46,554 bases of DNA from a virus: the IMG/VR virus record IMGVR_UViG_3300045988_054487. One strand, given 5' to 3'. A model generated the notes under the pieces. It worked only from the letters and a program-made list of their open reading frames with translations. It ran no database searches and was not told the DNA's origin. Of this stretch, positions 27,107-36,258 are shown one piece after another; position 1 is the stretch's first letter; each line of letters begins with the position of its first letter. A program made the position numbers and the translations under genes.

Positions 27107-27588
27107 GCAATGGACGTATAAGTATCAATATCGAGTTAGAAGGTTTTGAAGAGTTTGCAGACGCAATGGCTAAAATGCCGAAAGTGTTAATGCATAACTT
27201 ATCGAAAGAGCTAGGATATGCAGCATTGACAGCCGAGAGGTTGGCAAGACAACTTGCGCCTAGAGATACCGGAGAACTCGAGGACAGCATACATGCAGGC
27301 GCTATAAAGCGAGAAGGCGGTGCACTTGTTACTTACATTGGTACGAATATGGAGTACGCAAAATATGTTCATGAGTTATCGTCTAATCGTATCGGGGATA
27401 AATACGACAAAGGTGTCAAGATCACTGGCTACTATGTAGACGGTAGAGGACAACGAACACGAGATAAACCAAGCATAAAAGGTTACAAGCCCGGACGTAA
27501 ATATTTAAGAAACGCTATTGTTCTAACCGAGCCATATTTAGAAAAAGCAATGAACAGAGCTATTGAAAAAACATTGGGAGGTGTCTAA
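27103..27588 (+). CDS. HK97 gp10-family tail component
   Basis: Motifs …LARQLAPRDTGELEDSI…GTNMEYAKYVHE…, typical of the HK97 gp10 family. Confidence 0.55.
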   Translation: MSNGRISINIELEGFEEFADAMAKMPKVLMHNLSKELGYAALTAERLARQLAPRDTGELEDSIHAGAIKREGGALVTYIGTNMEYAKYVHELSSNRIGDKYDKGVKITGYYVDGRGQRTRDKPSIKGYKPGRKYLRNAIVLTEPYLEKAMNRAIEKTLGGV

Positions 27589-27971
27589 TGATACAGGAAT
27601 ACATAAAGGACAAACTAGAGCCTAAGTTTAATGACTTAGAATGGAGTGTTGACTATAAAACGTCTGACGGTAATTATGGCGCTGTCTACTATGACGGTGG
27701 CGATATGCCTGATAGAAACGATTTAAAAGGCCGACACGTAAATTACCAAGTTGTTATACAACATGAAGATTTTGAACGTGCCGAAAAAATAGCGTTTGGT
27801 GTGTTTGACATAATTCATGGTATTATAGGTATTAGGACGTATCATTATGACACGCCTTTGTTTGTTCAATACATATATGCTGAAACAGAGCCAATGCGTA
27901 TCGGCGTAATAAACGACAGAATGCTTTATACAATTAATTTCAATGCTTTAGTTTATAAAGACTATTGCTAA
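27588..27971 (+). CDS. Tail completion protein (gp17-like)
   Basis: 127 aa, upstream of the major tail protein. Confidence 0.4.
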   Translation: MIQEYIKDKLEPKFNDLEWSVDYKTSDGNYGAVYYDGGDMPDRNDLKGRHVNYQVVIQHEDFERAEKIAFGVFDIIHGIIGIRTYHYDTPLFVQYIYAETEPMRIGVINDRMLYTINFNALVYKDYC

Positions 27972-27989
27972 AAAATAGGAGGAATACAT

Positions 27990-28829
27990 ATGCTAGCAAG
28001 AGGTGCAACAGCACAAAAATATAATTTTGGTATGGCTGACTTCATTATTGACGAAGGTTTACCAACGGAGATTAGATTTGACGGGCGCTTATGTTCTGAT
28101 AACTCATACTTACAAGCTGACGGTGGGGAAATCAGTTTAGAGCCTGAAACAGAGGACATCGTACTCAAAGACTTTTCAGAAAAAAACTATGACTACGTTA
28201 TCACTGGTTGGGACGGTAAAGTAACAATTAACGCAAGTGCATACACACTTAAATTAATGAGCGCTTTATTCACAGGTACTTATACAGGTGTAGACAAAGA
28301 AGGTAATATCCAATGGATTACTGACGCGCCTATCGGATCTTCAATGCGCGAGAACGCTCACTCAATCCGTATCCACCCAAGACAAATGGGCGATGATCGT
28401 TCAGAGGATATCTTTATTTATAAAGCAGTTAACACTAGCGGCTTTGACAGAGAGTTCGACAACGAACAAGCGTCACATGAAATTGAATTGGCTATCTTGC
28501 CTAAAGATTGTGCGGACGCAAGCAAACCTAACAACTATTTCTTCATCGGAGAAAACCCTAAAGACTTTGACGAAAAAGACATTTATCAAGGTTATTGGAA
28601 CAGTGAAGATGTAGGTACTAACTACAATAAATTACCTTTAGTTGGAGATGTTAGAGATCAAGACGATGACGCTGATGTAGGTACTGACGGTGATCCAACT
28701 GATACAACTGACAACAATCCAACTGGAGACGTAGAAGATCCTGATCCAGACATGGAAAGAAAACCAGATGAGCCTACAGACGTTAACGTAGAGCCGGGAG
28801 AAACAAGCGCAGACGTTAGCGCTCAATAA
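27990..28829 (+). CDS. Major tail protein (with an acidic, low-complexity C-terminal 60 aa)
   Basis: 279 aa; strong RBS; followed by an Ig-like protein, then a terminator, the chaperones and the TMP. Confidence 0.55.
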   Translation: MLARGATAQKYNFGMADFIIDEGLPTEIRFDGRLCSDNSYLQADGGEISLEPETEDIVLKDFSEKNYDYVITGWDGKVTINASAYTLKLMSALFTGTYTGVDKEGNIQWITDAPIGSSMRENAHSIRIHPRQMGDDRSEDIFIYKAVNTSGFDREFDNEQASHEIELAILPKDCADASKPNNYFFIGENPKDFDEKDIYQGYWNSEDVGTNYNKLPLVGDVRDQDDDADVGTDGDPTDTTDNNPTGDVEDPDPDMERKPDEPTDVNVEPGETSADVSAQ

Positions 28830-28860
28830 ATAACGTAAATACCTATAGGGAGGTTATACA

Positions 28861-29463
28861 ATGGCTTTAACACTATTAGTATATAGAGCTGGAGAAGTTA
28901 TCAAACGACAACCAGCAGCCGAAAGAGGACGTACTACAGTTACTATTGACGGTTTAGAAAGTAACACGACTTATGATGAAGGTGACTTCAAATTAGCGTG
29001 GACTGACGGTAACCTAGAAAGCGACAAAGTAAATGTGCCAGAGTTTAAAACAAACAAAATAGGTGTGACTAACATCACATCTACACCTGACACTGTTTCA
29101 CTAACAGTCGGAGAAACACAACAAATCAACACAGTAGTTACACCTGACGGAGCTAACGATAAGTCAGTGACTTACTCAACAAACAATCAACCAGTGGCAA
29201 CTGTCACACAAGACGGATTGATTACAGCAGAGTCATCAGGCCAAGCTACAATCACAGTTAAATCTAACGACGATCCGACAGTAACATTTAAAGTTAGAGT
29301 AACTGTAAAAGATAAACCGGCTGAAGAACAACCAAGCACTGACGACACACCTTCTACAGATCAACCAAGCACTGATGATACAACATCAACTGAACAACCT
29401 AATGAGCCAAGCGAAGATCCTAATGCGGGGGCTGACGGAACATCTGACGCTGAAACTCAATAA
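28861..29463 (+). CDS. Ig-like (Big_2-type) domain tail protein with PSTD/Q-rich C-terminus
   Basis: Big_2-like segment …TVVTPDGANDKSVTYSTNNQPVATVTQDGLITAESSGQATITVKS…. Confidence 0.5.
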   Translation: MALTLLVYRAGEVIKRQPAAERGRTTVTIDGLESNTTYDEGDFKLAWTDGNLESDKVNVPEFKTNKIGVTNITSTPDTVSLTVGETQQINTVVTPDGANDKSVTYSTNNQPVATVTQDGLITAESSGQATITVKSNDDPTVTFKVRVTVKDKPAEEQPSTDDTPSTDQPSTDDTTSTEQPNEPSEDPNAGADGTSDAETQ

Positions 29464-29494
29464 TTAAAAAGGGTTTAACTATATTGCAATATTT

Positions 29495-29527
29495 AGGCTA
29501 GGCGTTGAAGCGCTTAGCCTTTTTTAT
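29495..29527 (+). terminator. Rho-independent terminator after the major tail genes (AGGCTAGGCG-TTGAA-GCGCTTAGCCT, then TTTTTATT)
   Basis: 10-bp stem with one mismatch, followed by a T tract. Confidence 0.7.
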
Positions 29528-29592
29528 TAGTGAAATTGTTTTTGTGATATGATATTATTAAATGAGAATAAAAAAGTTAAAGGAGATCAAAA

Positions 29593-30126
29593 ATGACAAT
29601 TGAACTAATTACACAAACAAACGAAGGAAAAGTAACGAAAACGCATGAAGTGCAAGAAATGAACATCAAACAAGTGGCTAAAGTCGCAAAAGGTGTTTCT
29701 AGAATTGTTAACTTCATTAATAAAAACGATAAATTACAAAATGCTATTAAAACATTCACTGAAACTCGTGCCGAAGTAATTAAAGAAGCACAGGCATATT
29801 ACGAAGAATATAAAGACGAAAAAGATGTACCTGAATACGATGTAGGTGGAGTTACATTACAACGTGCAGCAGGTTATGTATGGAATGACATTTTAGGCGT
29901 ATTAAGCGACCTATTATATGAAATTCCAGAAACAGTTATCGAAGTAGTTGCAGAAGCAAGCAACATCAACCCTAAAATCTTAGAAGCGCAAGACATCGAA
30001 ACATTTATTGATGTTATTGACGAAACTATTCAAGTTAACGACATCGAAAAACTAATTGGACGAGTAAAAAAGTTAGGCAACTCGTTGAAACCGATGTTCA
30101 AGTTCAACAACAAACAGGAACAGTAA
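29593..30126 (+). CDS. Tail assembly chaperone (gpG-like)
   Basis: 177 aa and acidic; lies between the major tail protein and the TMP; contains the slippery heptamer near its 3' end. Confidence 0.6.
   Translation: MTIELITQTNEGKVTKTHEVQEMNIKQVAKVAKGVSRIVNFINKNDKLQNAIKTFTETRAEVIKEAQAYYEEYKDEKDVPEYDVGGVTLQRAAGYVWNDILGVLSDLLYEIPETVIEVVAEASNINPKILEAQDIETFIDVIDETIQVNDIEKLIGRVKKLGNSLKPMFKFNNKQEQ
30066..30072 (+). promoter_or_regulatory. Programmed -1 ribosomal frameshift site A_AAA_AAG
   Basis: Heptamer in the zero frame of gpG (GTA AAA AAG). The -1 frame is open from here through 30506. Confidence 0.6.
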
Positions 30127-30506
30127 ACACTACATCACCTAGCTTAGAAGAAACGATTGTGTATCGTTTGTCTGACAAGTTAGGTGGTAGAAGTGAGGTC
30201 GTGAGTGCGCCTTTCGTTGAGTTACTAAGTTACTTAATAACAAGCATAGAAGAGGACAAAGCGAAAGTAGAAGAAAAACAAGTCGAATACTATCTTAACT
30301 TTATTGCTATGCTTAATAGTAATCCTCAAAACGAAAAGCAAGCTAAAGAAACTGATAAATTTATGAAGAGTATCAAACCTAAACTCAATAAAAACAAGTC
30401 GAAAGATCAAATAGAAACATCGCAAAAAAATTATCAGTGGCCTGAAAGAGTTCGCAAAAAAATGGAACAAAAACAAAGAGAACGAGAACAACAGCAACAA
30501 CAATAA
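30069..30506 (+). CDS. gpT-like extension expressed as G-T fusion by -1 frameshifting (the ORF-track fragment 30159..30506 is its distal part)
   Basis: The -1 frame relative to gpG has no stop between 30060 and 30506; canonical G/GT arrangement. Confidence 0.5.
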   Translation, partial: KVRQLVETDVQVQQQTGTVNTTSPSLEETIVYRLSDKLGGRSEVVSAPFVELLSYLITSIEEDKAKVEEKQVEYYLNFIAMLNSNPQNEKQAKETDKFMKSIKPKLNKNKSKDQIETSQKNYQWPERVRKKMEQKQREREQQQQQ

Positions 30507-30567
30507 TTATCGCCCCCACTGTTAGTCTAATCAGTGGGGGTATTTTATAGTAAAAGGAGGTTGTCGA

Positions 30568-33500
30568 ATGGCAAGTGTAAAGGAGTTATATGCCAAGATT
30601 AGTGCCACTGCCGAAGGTTTTAATAAGACAATGGATAGTATATCTAGCAAGACAAGACAGACAGCTAAGAGTATATCCAGTCAATCCAGTGTCATGAGTA
30701 AAAGCCTAGAAGGTATCGGTAAAGCTGGGCGTAGCTTTGACAACATAGGAAACAAAATACAAAATGTTTCTAAAAATGTTGGTGGCGTTGGCGAAAAAAT
30801 GACTAACTCTATAACTAAGCCAGCAGGCATTGCAGCTGGTGCAGTTGGTGGACTTGTCGGTGCTTTAGGTTTCAAACGTCTTGTCGGAATGGATCAGGCA
30901 GAAGCTAAGTTAAAAGGTATCGGTCTTGCAGGTAAAGACGTTACAAAGATACAAAACCAAGTATCTAAGTCTATCGAAGGTAGTATGACAACTATGGCCG
31001 AAGGTACTGACTTAGCAGCAGGTGCCTTAGGATCAGGTGTTAAAGAAGGAAAAGAATTAGAAAAATACATAAAAGCAGCAGGTAACGCTGCAGTAGGTGC
31101 TAACGTACCTGTATCTGAAATGGGACAAATATTCAGTCGTGTTAAAGGTCAGGGTAAATTGGCCGGAACTGAACTACAAATGATGGAAGAACGTTTACCG
31201 GGCTTCACTTCTACTATGGCAAGAGAAATGGGCTTGTCTATGGAAGAATTTAGAAACAAAGTTTCTGAAGGTGAGGTTGGATATGACGAGTTCTTAAAAG
31301 GGGTTGAAGCTAGAGCTGGTAAATCGGCAGAGGCTCAATCTCAAACATTTATGGGTATGCTTACCAACACTAAAAACTATTTAGGAATGATTGGAGAAGC
31401 ATTTCTACAACCAGCATTTAAAGAGGCTAAAGTTGTATTAGCTGATATCGTTAATACATTAAATAGTGACTCATTAAGACAAAGTGCTGCAGAAGCAGGG
31501 AAAGTAGTAGCGCCAGCGTTCGCTTTTCTAGCTAAAGCAGTCACAGGAACGGTTAAGGCTTTCTTAAATCTACCCGGACCGGTATTAGGCGCAATTGGTG
31601 CTTTAGGTGGTATATTAATTGCAATCGGTCCAGTGCTAACAGGTTTTGCTAAGTTAGGTGGTATGATCGGAGGAATGTTCAAAACATTCGGATCATTACT
31701 ATCATTCGTGTCAGCATTAAACCCAGTCGGACTAATTATCATGGGTATTGTTGCGGCAGTCGCAGCATTAGGAACAGCTTTCTATATCGCCTATCAGAAA
31801 TCAGAAACATTTAGAAACTTCATCAACGGTATAGGCACTATGATAAGTGGTGCTATTGGTTGGGTTAAACAATTCGGCCAAGCAATTGGCGCGCTTTTCT
31901 CAGGAAACACTGGAGAAGGCGTCAACATATTAGAAAAACTAGGATTTAATCAAAGTCAAATATCAGCGATACAGGGTATGGTATCAAGTCTTAAAAGTAT
32001 ATTTACTGAATTAGGACGAGTGTTAGCGATAACATTTAATGAGATGAAAGGCGCTTGGAATGGAGTAGCTAGTGCATTCACTGGATCAATTCCATTTATT
32101 AAAATGGCGTTCTCTAACATGGTAGCAATACTAGGTCCGATATTTATGGCTTTAGTGAATGTTGTTAAGACAGTGTTCACAACTATAATTTCTGTCATTC
32201 GTGGCGCTTTCCAAATGATACAGGGCGTTATACAAATATTTAGCGGTCTTGTACAGGGCGACTGGTCGTTAGTATGGCAAGGCGTAGTAAATATATTCAA
32301 AGGTTTCTTTGGTATATTAGTTGCCTTAGTTAAACAGCTTGTCATGACGCTATTCTATATAGTTAAAGGATTGGCTACTAGTTTAGGTAATGCCTTACGC
32401 ATTGCTTTTGGCGTCGTCAAAAATATCATCGTCGGTATTTTCAACGGTATCAAGTGGGTAGTAGTTACAATATTTAAAGGCATGGTTAATGCTATCGTTG
32501 TCAGCGCACAAACATTGTGGTTGAGAATAACACAAATTTTTAATGCACTTAAATTTGCTATTACAGCTATATGGAATGGAATTAAATTTGTTTCTGTAGC
32601 AGTATGGAATAGTATTAAGTTTTTAGTAGTTGGTTTCGTTCGAACTATGAAAAATTTAATAATGATGATACTTGGCGGACTGAAAGCCGGTATATTGGCA
32701 ATTTGGAACGGAATCAAGTTTGTCACAATGTTTGTTTGGAATTTAATCAAGAATAGAGTTATAGCCAATGCTCGTATCATGAAGAATTTAGTCGTTGCCA
32801 TATTTAGAAGTTTAAAAGCTATCGTTTCTGCTATATGGAACGGACTTAAAAACTTTGTCATCTTAGTATGGAACACATTAAAAAATAGAGTAATTGCAAT
32901 TACTCGTATTTTGAAAAATATCGTAATTTCAGTAATACGAATAATGAAAAATATCGTTATTGCAACATTTAGAATAATGAAGAACATTGTTATTGCAGTG
33001 TGGAACGCATTGAAAAATAGAGTTATCGCAGTTGCTCGTATCATGAAAAACATTGTTATTACAGTTATTCGAACATTGAAGAATGTTGTTATTAGCATAT
33101 TTAGAGCATTGAAAAATGTAGCGATTGCTATTTGGAATGGAATTAAAAATAAAGTTATTTCTTTAGCTCGAACAATGAAGAACGTTGCTATATCAATAGT
33201 TCGCGCAATGAAAAACGCGATACTTGGAATTTGGAAAGCGCTCAAAAACGTAACAATTTCAATTTGGAACGCAATCAAAAATAAAGTAATCGGTTTAGCT
33301 CGCGGTTTGAAGAGCGCTGCACTTAGTGTTTTCCGTTCATTGAAGTCAGGTATTACTGGAATATGGAATGGTATAAAATCTGTTACATCTAAAGTATGGA
33401 ACGGAATTAAAAATGTAGCTATCGGCGCAGCTAAAGGAATGAAAAGTAAAGTCTTAGGTTTATTTGGTTCCATGAAAAACGGAATCAAAAAACAAATTGA

Positions 33501-35400
33501 TAACATCAAAGGGTTTATGGATAAAATGGTTGGTGGCGTTAAGAAAGGACTTAACGGACTAATCAAAGGTGTTAACTGGGTAGCCGGCAAACTAGGTATG
33601 GATAAGCTACCAGAGATAAAACTACATAGCGGTACTGTGGGTGGTGGACGTCTTGTAAGAAACGGAAAACTAAACACAGGCACAATGGCTACTGTAGGAG
33701 ATAAAGGTCGAGGAAATGGACCGGGCGGCTTTAGAAATGAAATGATACGCTATCCTAACGGAAGAATGGCACTAACACCTGATAAAGATACAACAACATT
33801 CTTGCCTAAAGGTTCAAGCGTATATAGCGGCGCACAAACACATTCATTATTGAGTAGCTTACCTAAGTTTTCTACTGGTACTAATCCATTAGGCAACGGA
33901 AACAAAAAGCCTAAGAAAAAGAAAAAAGGCGACAACATATTCGGCGACGCGTGGGACGCAACGAAAGCTGGTGCAGCTAAAGTCGTTGACGGTGGTAAAG
34001 CAGTTGTTAGCAAAACACTCGACGCTGCCGCAAAAGGTAAAGAGTGGTTAAGTGATAAAGTCGGAGATGTGCTTGACTGGATAGACAAACCAGAAAAACT
34101 ATTGGATAAAGTTCTTGAAGGCTTTGGAGTTAACTTAGATGGTTTCGGAATAACTAAAGCTGCTGAATTACCTTACAACATGATGAAAGGTATGTTCGGT
34201 AAACTTAAAAAAGGTGCTATAGAGAAATTTAAAGAATGGTTTGAAGAAAGTAGTAGTGGCGACGGTGGATACATTGACCTTTCTAAAGGTATAAACTTTG
34301 GTTTCGCTAGAACAGCTGCAGAAGCAGCAGCTCAGGGTTATCCGTTCGCAAGACCTCACTATGGTTTGGATATAAATTATAAATACGACAAAGTATATTC
34401 AACGCTTTCTGGTATGGCAACAGGTAGTTCAGGTTGGAACGGTGGTTTTGGTCAAAACATGTGGATAAGAGCCAAAAACGGAGTAGAAGCCATATACGGA
34501 CACCTTCACAAACTAGCCTTTCATGGTAAAAAACGTGTCAAACCGGGAACTTACTTAGGTATTTCCGGTGGGGATCCGGGACGTGACGGACAAAACGCCG
34601 GAAGTTCTACAGGTCCACACTTACACTATGAAATGCGCTGGAATGGAGTTCCTAAAGATCCAACAAGCTGGTTGAAGAAAAACAATGGTGGCGGCAAAGT
34701 CGGTGGCAGTGGATCAGGAAATGCACGTAAGGCAATCAAGAAAGCACAAGCGATTTTAGGCGGACGTTACAAGTCATCTTATATCACTGAACAAATGATG
34801 AGAGTCGCCAAACGTGAATCCAACTTCCAAGCTGACGCAGTCAATGACTGGGACGTCAATGCTAGAGCTGGAACACCTTCTAAAGGTATGTTCCAAATGA
34901 TTGAACCATCTTTTAAAGCATATGCTAAAAAAGGACATGGGAACATATTAAATCCAACTGACCAAGCTATATCAGCTATGCGCTACATTGTAGGTAAATG
35001 GGTTCCTATTATGGGAAGTTGGAAAAGTGCGTTTAAACGTGCAGGAGATTATGCTTATGCTAACGGTGGTATTGTTAATTCGCCAGAGTTAGCATGGATT
35101 GCCGAAGGTGGTTTCAGTGAGTCTGTTATAAGTCATGACCCTAGAAAACGTATGAGAAGTAAAAGCATACATGATAAAACAGGCAAAATGCTCGGTGTTG
35201 ATGATGATACGCAAATGTTACGAGAAATCATTAATATTCTTGAAGCTGGCAACCACTTACAATCTGTTAATAATAACGCTGTTAATAGATTGTTAGATAA
35301 AAACGTCGACATCTATATGGATAAGAAAAAACTAACACAAGCGGTCAACAATCAGTCAGCGGACTTATTCAATTCCGGTATGTATAATCAGGGAGGTTAA
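30568..35400 (+). CDS. Tape measure protein (1610 aa) with an 11-aa tandem repeat core, a C-terminal M23 peptidase domain (about 34336-34670) and a lytic transglycosylase SLT domain (about 34800-35000)
   Basis: N-terminal TMP-like helical region; about 29 copies of an ..IWN.IKN.V.. 11-mer. The M23 domain is YGHLH…GTYLGISG…GPHLHYE. The SLT domain is …AKRESNFQADAVN…GMFQM…. Confidence 0.85.
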   Translation: MASVKELYAKISATAEGFNKTMDSISSKTRQTAKSISSQSSVMSKSLEGIGKAGRSFDNIGNKIQNVSKNVGGVGEKMTNSITKPAGIAAGAVGGLVGALGFKRLVGMDQAEAKLKGIGLAGKDVTKIQNQVSKSIEGSMTTMAEGTDLAAGALGSGVKEGKELEKYIKAAGNAAVGANVPVSEMGQIFSRVKGQGKLAGTELQMMEERLPGFTSTMAREMGLSMEEFRNKVSEGEVGYDEFLKGVEARAGKSAEAQSQTFMGMLTNTKNYLGMIGEAFLQPAFKEAKVVLADIVNTLNSDSLRQSAAEAGKVVAPAFAFLAKAVTGTVKAFLNLPGPVLGAIGALGGILIAIGPVLTGFAKLGGMIGGMFKTFGSLLSFVSALNPVGLIIMGIVAAVAALGTAFYIAYQKSETFRNFINGIGTMISGAIGWVKQFGQAIGALFSGNTGEGVNILEKLGFNQSQISAIQGMVSSLKSIFTELGRVLAITFNEMKGAWNGVASAFTGSIPFIKMAFSNMVAILGPIFMALVNVVKTVFTTIISVIRGAFQMIQGVIQIFSGLVQGDWSLVWQGVVNIFKGFFGILVALVKQLVMTLFYIVKGLATSLGNALRIAFGVVKNIIVGIFNGIKWVVVTIFKGMVNAIVVSAQTLWLRITQIFNALKFAITAIWNGIKFVSVAVWNSIKFLVVGFVRTMKNLIMMILGGLKAGILAIWNGIKFVTMFVWNLIKNRVIANARIMKNLVVAIFRSLKAIVSAIWNGLKNFVILVWNTLKNRVIAITRILKNIVISVIRIMKNIVIATFRIMKNIVIAVWNALKNRVIAVARIMKNIVITVIRTLKNVVISIFRALKNVAIAIWNGIKNKVISLARTMKNVAISIVRAMKNAILGIWKALKNVTISIWNAIKNKVIGLARGLKSAALSVFRSLKSGITGIWNGIKSVTSKVWNGIKNVAIGAAKGMKSKVLGLFGSMKNGIKKQIDNIKGFMDKMVGGVKKGLNGLIKGVNWVAGKLGMDKLPEIKLHSGTVGGGRLVRNGKLNTGTMATVGDKGRGNGPGGFRNEMIRYPNGRMALTPDKDTTTFLPKGSSVYSGAQTHSLLSSLPKFSTGTNPLGNGNKKPKKKKKGDNIFGDAWDATKAGAAKVVDGGKAVVSKTLDAAAKGKEWLSDKVGDVLDWIDKPEKLLDKVLEGFGVNLDGFGITKAAELPYNMMKGMFGKLKKGAIEKFKEWFEESSSGDGGYIDLSKGINFGFARTAAEAAAQGYPFARPHYGLDINYKYDKVYSTLSGMATGSSGWNGGFGQNMWIRAKNGVEAIYGHLHKLAFHGKKRVKPGTYLGISGGDPGRDGQNAGSSTGPHLHYEMRWNGVPKDPTSWLKKNNGGGKVGGSGSGNARKAIKKAQAILGGRYKSSYITEQMMRVAKRESNFQADAVNDWDVNARAGTPSKGMFQMIEPSFKAYAKKGHGNILNPTDQAISAMRYIVGKWVPIMGSWKSAFKRAGDYAYANGGIVNSPELAWIAEGGFSESVISHDPRKRMRSKSIHDKTGKMLGVDDDTQMLREIINILEAGNHLQSVNNNAVNRLLDKNVDIYMDKKKLTQAVNNQSADLFNSGMYNQGG
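32480..33480. repeat. Tandem 33-nt (11-codon) repeats within the TMP gene
   Basis: Protein-level periodicity (A/S)IWNGIKN.VI. / R.MKN.VI. repeated about 29 times; it also creates a stop-free antisense frame. Confidence 0.8.
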
Positions 35401-35403
35401 CAA

Positions 35404-36246
35404 ATGGAGAGTTGTAAGAAAAGCTGGGTAGAAGTAATGTTCAAAAATAAAACGTATAATCTAGCAAATATTGACGGTTTATACATACAAAACATATCAA
35501 CTACACACCCAGTAGGAGAAAACGATCAAATAGAAATTAAGGGGGTTGACGGTGTTATTCCAGCGCCGTCAACATATAAACCCTTCGAACTAGAAATAGA
35601 ACTCATGTATAGAGGCGTAGACGCAAAAGACGTTGAGCTTTTAGTATTCAGACTTAATAACTTTTTAAGTGTAAGAGATCCTTACTATATTAGACATTCG
35701 AACATGCCCGGACTTAAATATGCTGTATTGCCTAATCCTAAAATTGAAGATGAATATAAAACATTAAGAGATAGAACAATAAAAATAACTTTTACTTGTT
35801 ATAAAGGTTATAGCGAAAGTTATGAAGCAACTAACAAGATGAATTTCATCAATGATGGTTGGCAATTCCAAGAAGGTTTAAAAGCAGCAGATAAACTAAA
35901 ATATGTACATTATGATTGGGGTTATGAAATATATAATGGATCAAGCGACTACATAAACCCGTTTAACCAAAGTTTAACTATTAAATTGAACTTAGACGCC
36001 CCTAAAGGTTTTACATTACATAACAAGACAACGGGCGATAAATTTGAATATTATGAGCCATTGAAGAGAAATGAAACGTTTGAATTGCGAGACGTTTATC
36101 CTATAAAAAACTATAGTGAGCATGTAGGACACTTAACTAATTTTGAATGGATTACGTTAGCGCCCGGATATAATGATATAGAAATATATGGACGCGACTT
36201 AGGATATACAAAGAGTGAATGGATATTTAACTTCACATTCAAGTAG
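35404..36246 (+). CDS. Distal tail protein (Dit-like)
   Basis: 280 aa, immediately after the TMP. Confidence 0.5.
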   Translation: MESCKKSWVEVMFKNKTYNLANIDGLYIQNISTTHPVGENDQIEIKGVDGVIPAPSTYKPFELEIELMYRGVDAKDVELLVFRLNNFLSVRDPYYIRHSNMPGLKYAVLPNPKIEDEYKTLRDRTIKITFTCYKGYSESYEATNKMNFINDGWQFQEGLKAADKLKYVHYDWGYEIYNGSSDYINPFNQSLTIKLNLDAPKGFTLHNKTTGDKFEYYEPLKRNETFELRDVYPIKNYSEHVGHLTNFEWITLAPGYNDIEIYGRDLGYTKSEWIFNFTFK

Positions 36247-36258
36247 GAGGTTAGTTAA

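Noticed and set aside
30159-30506. Independent 115-aa gene starting at GTG 30159
   Set aside because: It has no RBS. Its frame is open far upstream and lies -1 relative to the gpG frame, where a canonical A_AAA_AAG slippery site exists. It is better explained as the distal part of a G-T frameshift fusion.
32355-33683. 442-aa minus-strand ORF, and other long minus-strand ORFs at 31377-31742 and 31956-32345
   Set aside because: It lies entirely inside the tape measure gene's 33-nt tandem repeat block, and the repeat periodicity removes stop codons from the antisense frame. It has no RBS, its product is hydrophobic low-complexity, and the rest of the genome is uniformly + strand.
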